A DNA stretch of 59,317 nt from positions 1 to 59,317 of the forward strand of contig JBDRHK010000042.1 of the NCBI GenBank assembly GCA_043816965.1. Reading direction: 5' to 3'. The DNA is from Candidatus Iainarchaeum sp. (GTDB taxonomy: Archaea; Iainarchaeota; Iainarchaeia; Iainarchaeales; JAFCCJ01). The notes below the pieces were generated by a model that saw nothing but the letters and a program-made list of their open reading frames with translations, did not search any database and was not told the DNA's origin. Both the position numbers and the translations under genes were made by a program. Numbering within the stretch: position 1 is the first letter of the stretch; every line of letters begins with the position of its first letter. Shown here one piece after another: positions 55,364-59,317 of the stretch.

Positions 55364-55783
55364 ATGACATTGATTGATGGAACAGGGATGATATTGGGAA
55401 GGCTTTCCTCAAATATTGCGAAGAGGATTCTTGGTGGAGAACGCATCAATCTTGTGAACGCTGAGAAGATTATTATCAGCGGGAATAAAAATGCGGCGAT
55501 TGCAAAATACAAGGTGAGGTTCAATATCCACGGAAAAGGAAACCCGCGCAAGGGGCCAAAATTCTCAAGGATGCCGGATAGGATAGTGAAGTATGCTGTG
55601 CATGGCATGCTTCCAAATAAGAGTTCTAGGGAGAAAATTGCACTTAAAAATTTGAAGGTTTTTATTGGCATGCCTGAGGAATTTAAGGAAATGAAACCAG
55701 AGCCTGTTGAAGGGGCAAAAAAGGATGTTGACACTTTTATTACTATTGAGGAATTGAGCAAACATTTCGGAGTGGACTGGTGA
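55364..55783 (+). CDS. rpl13: ribosomal protein uL13
   Basis: 'IDGTGMILGRLSSNIAKR', 'V.GMLP'. Confidence 0.93.
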   Translation: MTLIDGTGMILGRLSSNIAKRILGGERINLVNAEKIIISGNKNAAIAKYKVRFNIHGKGNPRKGPKFSRMPDRIVKYAVHGMLPNKSSREKIALKNLKVFIGMPEEFKEMKPEPVEGAKKDVDTFITIEELSKHFGVDW

Positions 55784-55787
55784 GATA

Positions 55788-56357
55788 ATGAGTGAGGAAG
55801 AGAAAGTAGAGGTTAAAGTGGAAGAAAAGAAGGCAGAGGTAAAATTAGAGGAGAAGGCAGAGGTAACGCAAGTAGAGAAGAAAGTTGAGAATACGGTAGA
55901 AGAAATGCCTGTAGAGAAGAAGATAGAGGAAAAAAAGGCCAAGAAGAAGAAATCAAGGAAGAAAGGGATTACGACAAAGGCCAAGAAGAAGAGGGCTGTT
56001 GCAAGGGCAGTAATAAAAAGGGGCAATGGTGCTATTAGAATAAACCGCAGAAAACTTGATGTTGTCAGCCCGCGCTATGTGAGGGAGCTCATTCAGGAGC
56101 CTATGACTCTGGCAGGGGACCTCGCAAATGAGGTTGATATTTCCGTCAATGTGAGGGGCGGGGGATTTATGGGCCAGGCAGTTGCCGCAAGGGGCGCAAT
56201 AGCAAAGGCCCTTCTTGAGTTCAAGAGTGATGAGAAACTCAGGGAAAAGTTTATCGCATATGACAGGCTATTGCTTGTCGATGATGTCAGGAGGGTTGAA
56301 CCCAAAAAACCTCTTGGTCCAAAAGCCAGGAAAAAGAAGCAGCAGAGTAAAAGGTAA
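55788..56357 (+). CDS. rps9: ribosomal protein uS9 with about 55-aa E/K-rich N-terminal extension
   Basis: Core '[16 protein letters not shown]', 'V.GGG..GQA.A.R.AIAKAL', 'D.R..E.KK.G..KARKK.Q.SKR'. Confidence 0.93.
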   Translation: MSEEEKVEVKVEEKKAEVKLEEKAEVTQVEKKVENTVEEMPVEKKIEEKKAKKKKSRKKGITTKAKKKRAVARAVIKRGNGAIRINRRKLDVVSPRYVRELIQEPMTLAGDLANEVDISVNVRGGGFMGQAVAARGAIAKALLEFKSDEKLREKFIAYDRLLLVDDVRRVEPKKPLGPKARKKKQQSKR

Positions 56358-56371
56358 GGAGGCGTGTAGAT

Positions 56372-56566
56372 ATGATTGTTCCGGTGAGATGCTTCAGTTG
56401 CGGCAAGGTAATAGCGCAGCAATATGAGGAATATGTTGAAAGAACGGGAAAAAAGGAAAATGCAGAAAAAGTCCTCGATGAATTGGGAATTGAAAGATAT
56501 TGCTGCAGAAGAACAATATTCACACACGTTGATTTGCTTGACGACATAATGAAGTATAATGTATAG
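56372..56566 (+). CDS. rpoN: RNA polymerase subunit N (Rpo10)
   Basis: [14 protein letters not shown]...YCCRR. Confidence 0.92.
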   Translation: MIVPVRCFSCGKVIAQQYEEYVERTGKKENAEKVLDELGIERYCCRRTIFTHVDLLDDIMKYNV

Positions 56567-56570
56567 GTGA

Positions 56571-57290
56571 ATGAAAATGGCAGAAAAAACATTGATTGAC
56601 GTTGAGAGCTACCTCAAAACCGGCTCCCACATAGGCACTAAATTTAAGTCAGGGGAGATGAGGAGATATATCCTTAAGGTGAGAAAGGATGGCTTGAATG
56701 TCTTGGATATCCAAAAGATTGATGAAAGGATAAAACTTGCTGCCAAGTTCATTGCACGCTATGCGCCTGAGGACCTGGTCGTGGTTTCAAGGAAACTCTA
56801 TGGGCAGACCCCTGCGAAAGAATTTGCAAATGCCATAGGTGCCAAAGAAATGGTCGGGAGGTTTATTCCCGGCACATTTACAAATCCCGCGGCAAAAAAG
56901 TTTGTTGAGCCAAAAGTCCTGCTTGTGACTGAGGCAGAGCCTGACTCACAGGCCATTACAGAGGCCAAAAAAATAGGGGTTCCGGTAATCGCACTGAGCA
57001 GCACAAACAATTCACTGAAAAATATTGATTTCATTATTCCTGTGAACAATAAGGGAAGGAAAAGCCTTGCCCTTGTTTACTGGCTTCTTGCAAGAGAGTA
57101 TTTGAAGGAGAAGGGGGAAATAAAATCCGATGAGGGCTTTACCAAATCCCTGGAAGATTTTGAATACAAGATGAAAGAGGGGGAAAGGGACTCCACAATT
57201 GAGGAAAGGCCCAGGCGCTTCCAGGACAGAAGGGATGATAGAAGGGGCGACAGGCAAGATGATAGAAGGGGCGGCAGAGGGAGAAGGTAA
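56571..57290 (+). CDS. rps2: ribosomal protein uS2 with Arg/Asp/Gly-rich C-terminal tail
   Basis: 'LKTGSHIGT', 'DP..D.QAI.EA..IGVPVIAL..TN'. The tail is RPRRFQDRRDDRRGDRQDDRRGGRGRR. Confidence 0.93.
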   Translation: MKMAEKTLIDVESYLKTGSHIGTKFKSGEMRRYILKVRKDGLNVLDIQKIDERIKLAAKFIARYAPEDLVVVSRKLYGQTPAKEFANAIGAKEMVGRFIPGTFTNPAAKKFVEPKVLLVTEAEPDSQAITEAKKIGVPVIALSSTNNSLKNIDFIIPVNNKGRKSLALVYWLLAREYLKEKGEIKSDEGFTKSLEDFEYKMKEGERDSTIEERPRRFQDRRDDRRGDRQDDRRGGRGRR

Positions 57291-57325
57291 TATCGGTTTT
57301 TATTCATTTAATTTCTAATTTATAC

Positions 57326-58123
57326 ATGATAAGGGAAACGGCAGTTGCAGGGCAGTTCTATCCGCTTGCGGCAGATGAATTGAAAGCAACAATTGAGCAG
57401 TTCTTTTCCGGTCTGGAAAAAGAATCCAATTCTTTGGCAGTTATTGCCCCGCATGCAGGCTATGTTTATTCAGGGCAGATTGCCGCAAAATCATTTGCCG
57501 CACTGAAAAAGGCTGGGACATATGTTATCATCGGGCCAAACCATACCGGTTTCGGTGAGGGGGTAAGCATTTATCCCCCGGGAAAATGGAGAACGCCTTT
57601 GGGGGAGGTGGAAATTGACAATGAGTTAAGCTCAGCTCTGGCCGAAAGCATTGGTGTTGAAAGGGATGAGTCTGCCCACATCTCCGAGCATTCGCTTGAG
57701 GTGCAGCTGCCTTTTCTCCAGTTCCTTTATGGGAATTCATTTAAAATCGTTCCAATTTGTGTGGCTGAGCACAGCTATTCCGCACTTGTGAAACTTGGAA
57801 AAAAATTGGCCGGAGTTTCAAGAGAACTGGATGTTGCGGTGATTGCCTCAAGTGATTTTTCGCATTTCATTCCTGAGGCCGCTGCCAGGGAAAAGGATTT
57901 GGGTGCGATTGAGATGATTAAAAACATGGATATAGAAGGATTTTACAACAAAGTGGGGGATGAAAATCTTTCAATCTGCGGTTTTGCGCCGATAACCGCA
58001 ACAATGGCATTTTGCCTTGAAAATGGGCTCAAAAAGGCCCAAATTCTGGAATATGGCTCCTCAGCTGACACAATAGGCGATAAAACCAGCGTTGTGGGCT
58101 ATGCAGCCCTAAAATTCGGCTAG
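57326..58123 (+). CDS. Memo-like protein (AmmeMemoRadiSam system protein B family)
   Basis: 'AVAGQFYP', 'APHAGYVYSG', 'GPNHTG', 'EHSLEVQLPFLQ', 'SSDFSH'. Confidence 0.85.
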   Translation: MIRETAVAGQFYPLAADELKATIEQFFSGLEKESNSLAVIAPHAGYVYSGQIAAKSFAALKKAGTYVIIGPNHTGFGEGVSIYPPGKWRTPLGEVEIDNELSSALAESIGVERDESAHISEHSLEVQLPFLQFLYGNSFKIVPICVAEHSYSALVKLGKKLAGVSRELDVAVIASSDFSHFIPEAAAREKDLGAIEMIKNMDIEGFYNKVGDENLSICGFAPITATMAFCLENGLKKAQILEYGSSADTIGDKTSVVGYAALKFG

Positions 58124-58189
58124 TTTAATTTAATAACAGTAAGCAGTAAATTTTATATACAACAGGCATATTATATTATAGGGGATTAC

Positions 58190-58942
58190 TTGACAAACGG
58201 GGAAATTATCAAGGTATTGGAACAGCTTGGCTTAACCGAGTATGAAGCCAAGACCATGAATGCCCTTTTCAAGCTAAAGGAGGCCGAAGCTCCTGAGGTT
58301 AGCAGGTCTGCCCAGGTCCCAAAAACAAGGGTTTATGATGTGCTGGACAGGCTGACAAAGAGGGGGCTTATTATAGAGATTTATGGCAGACCTAAAAAAT
58401 ACAGGACTGTTGAGGCTGAGGGAGTTTTTAATGAGCTTATTTCCCAGAAGAAAAAGGAACTTGAGGAATTGGAATCAAGGGCAAGCCAGATAAAAACCTC
58501 CATGGATTCCCCAAAAAAGGGCGATACTGCGGAGAAGGTTATGAAGGTTAAGGATAAATTTGATTTTATGAGAATTCTTGCGCAGGAAATTGATTCCGCA
58601 AATGAGTCTGTTGTTGCATTTTCAGGCGCCGGAGATGCGCACAAATTCCTTAAATCACCAATTATGAATGCTGCGGGGAAGAATGTTGATGTCAAATTAA
58701 TGTCCAAGATGTCCAAGGAAGAGGTAAAGCTCGCAAAGGAATATTCCGAATCAGGAATTTCCATGAAGGATTTTGAGCACGGCATGCATGCATATGTTAT
58801 TGACGGGAAGAAAGTGATTATGGCATTGAGTGACTTTTCCCAGGAAAAGCCCGAGTACCACTTTACAATCTGGCCGGACAACAGGCCGATGGCGAAAATC
58901 CTGTCCAACCACTTTGACCAGTGCTGGAAGAAGGCGAAGTAA
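58190..58942 (+). CDS. TrmB-family transcriptional regulator
   Basis: TTG start. N-terminal wHTH 'LGLTEYEAKTMNALFKL.EA.A.EVSR.AQVPKTRVYDVLDRLTKRGLI' followed by a coiled coil. Confidence 0.8.
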   Translation: MTNGEIIKVLEQLGLTEYEAKTMNALFKLKEAEAPEVSRSAQVPKTRVYDVLDRLTKRGLIIEIYGRPKKYRTVEAEGVFNELISQKKKELEELESRASQIKTSMDSPKKGDTAEKVMKVKDKFDFMRILAQEIDSANESVVAFSGAGDAHKFLKSPIMNAAGKNVDVKLMSKMSKEEVKLAKEYSESGISMKDFEHGMHAYVIDGKKVIMALSDFSQEKPEYHFTIWPDNRPMAKILSNHFDQCWKKAK

Positions 58943-58951
58943 GGCTGTTTT

Positions 58952-59317
58952 TCAGAAGAAATGATTAGGTTTTATAATATCATCAGGGATAACTCTGCAA
59001 ATTTCATCAAAAACCATTTTATTACTCTCATGCTCAGACATCTCGCTTAATATTGGACGGAATCGATCGGGGGCAATTTTATAGCATAAACCAACCGCAG
59101 ATGTTCTTACTTCTGGCTCAATATGATCTAATGCCTTCTCAAATGCATTAAGAATTGGCGAAGCTCTCGGAAAAATCTTTTTTTTAATTAGATTATTCAT
59201 TCTATTCATAGCATTAATGCAAACCTCCGGTTCACATTCATTTTCTATACGGTCAGTTAAAGACTCCCCAATTTTGATGCGCCAAAAATTAAAAAGTTTT
59301 TTATCCGGATCTGGGCC
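58952..59317 (-). CDS. 3' portion of a leftward-read gene that is open to the right window edge (HEAT-like helical repeat protein?)
   Basis: The reading frame stays open upstream of the ORF-track Met (59209) all the way to 59317 (GPDPDKKLFNFWRIKIGESLTDRIENECEPEVCINAMNRMNN...). Contains 'EVRTSAVGLCYKIAP'. Confidence 0.45.
   Translation of the reverse strand, partial: GPDPDKKLFNFWRIKIGESLTDRIENECEPEVCINAMNRMNNLIKKKIFPRASPILNAFEKALDHIEPEVRTSAVGLCYKIAPDRFRPILSEMSEHESNKMVFDEICRVIPDDIIKPNHFF

Overview
This window is an archaeal chromosome segment. The evidence is split RpoA'/A'' and RpoB''/B', r-proteins eS4, eL14, eL18, eL19, eL30, eL32 and eL34, aEF-2/aEF-1alpha, archaeal-type riboflavin synthase, and a CTP-type riboflavin kinase. 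From about 9.1 kb to 58.9 kb every credible gene is on the + strand. The usually dispersed archaeal transcription and translation clusters are joined here into one array: rpoH-rpoB''-rpoB'-rpoA'-rpoA''-L30e-nusA-S12-S7-EF2-EF1a-S10, then an island, then L3-L4-L23-L2-S19-L22-S3-L29-SUI1-Rnp1-S17-L14-L24-S4e-L5-S14-S8-L6-L32e-L19e-L18-S5-L30-L15-secY-DUF106-L34e-L14e-S13-S4-S11-rpoD-tRNA-Leu-L18e-L13-S9-rpoN-S2. The left 9 kb holds accessory and metabolic genes: a DUF4349-like protein, an AsnB-like/Dph6 fusion, two glycosyltransferases, ribH-ribC-ribK(HTH), and MscS. The unusual content is as follows. (1) A 12.7-kb island (24082-36735) sits between rps10 and rpl3. It encodes four acidic secreted proteins, three of which end in the same '(V/I)PEI + TM helix + basic tail' module. 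The housekeeping archease-rtcB pair is embedded in this island. (2) Two full-length LAGLIDADG inteins are present, one in the P-loop of aEF-2 and one directly before the catalytic Cys of RtcB. (3) An asparagine-synthetase-like glutamine amidotransferase is fused to a Dph6-type diphthine-ammonia ligase domain. (4) At least a dozen ribosomal/RNAP proteins carry Lys/Glu-rich (also Arg/Asp- and Gly/Ala/Lys-rich) terminal extensions. DNA-level evidence suggests these tails grow by tandem micro-duplication, and a near-identical 61-nt segment is shared by the rpl3 and rps3 tails. (5) A stereotyped TAG-stop/GGTG Shine-Dalgarno junction recurs. No rRNA, CRISPR array, transposase or obvious defence genes were seen. 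All calls come from reading the translated ORFs and DNA by eye. No database search was run, so family names are recognition-based and should be confirmed by HMM searches.
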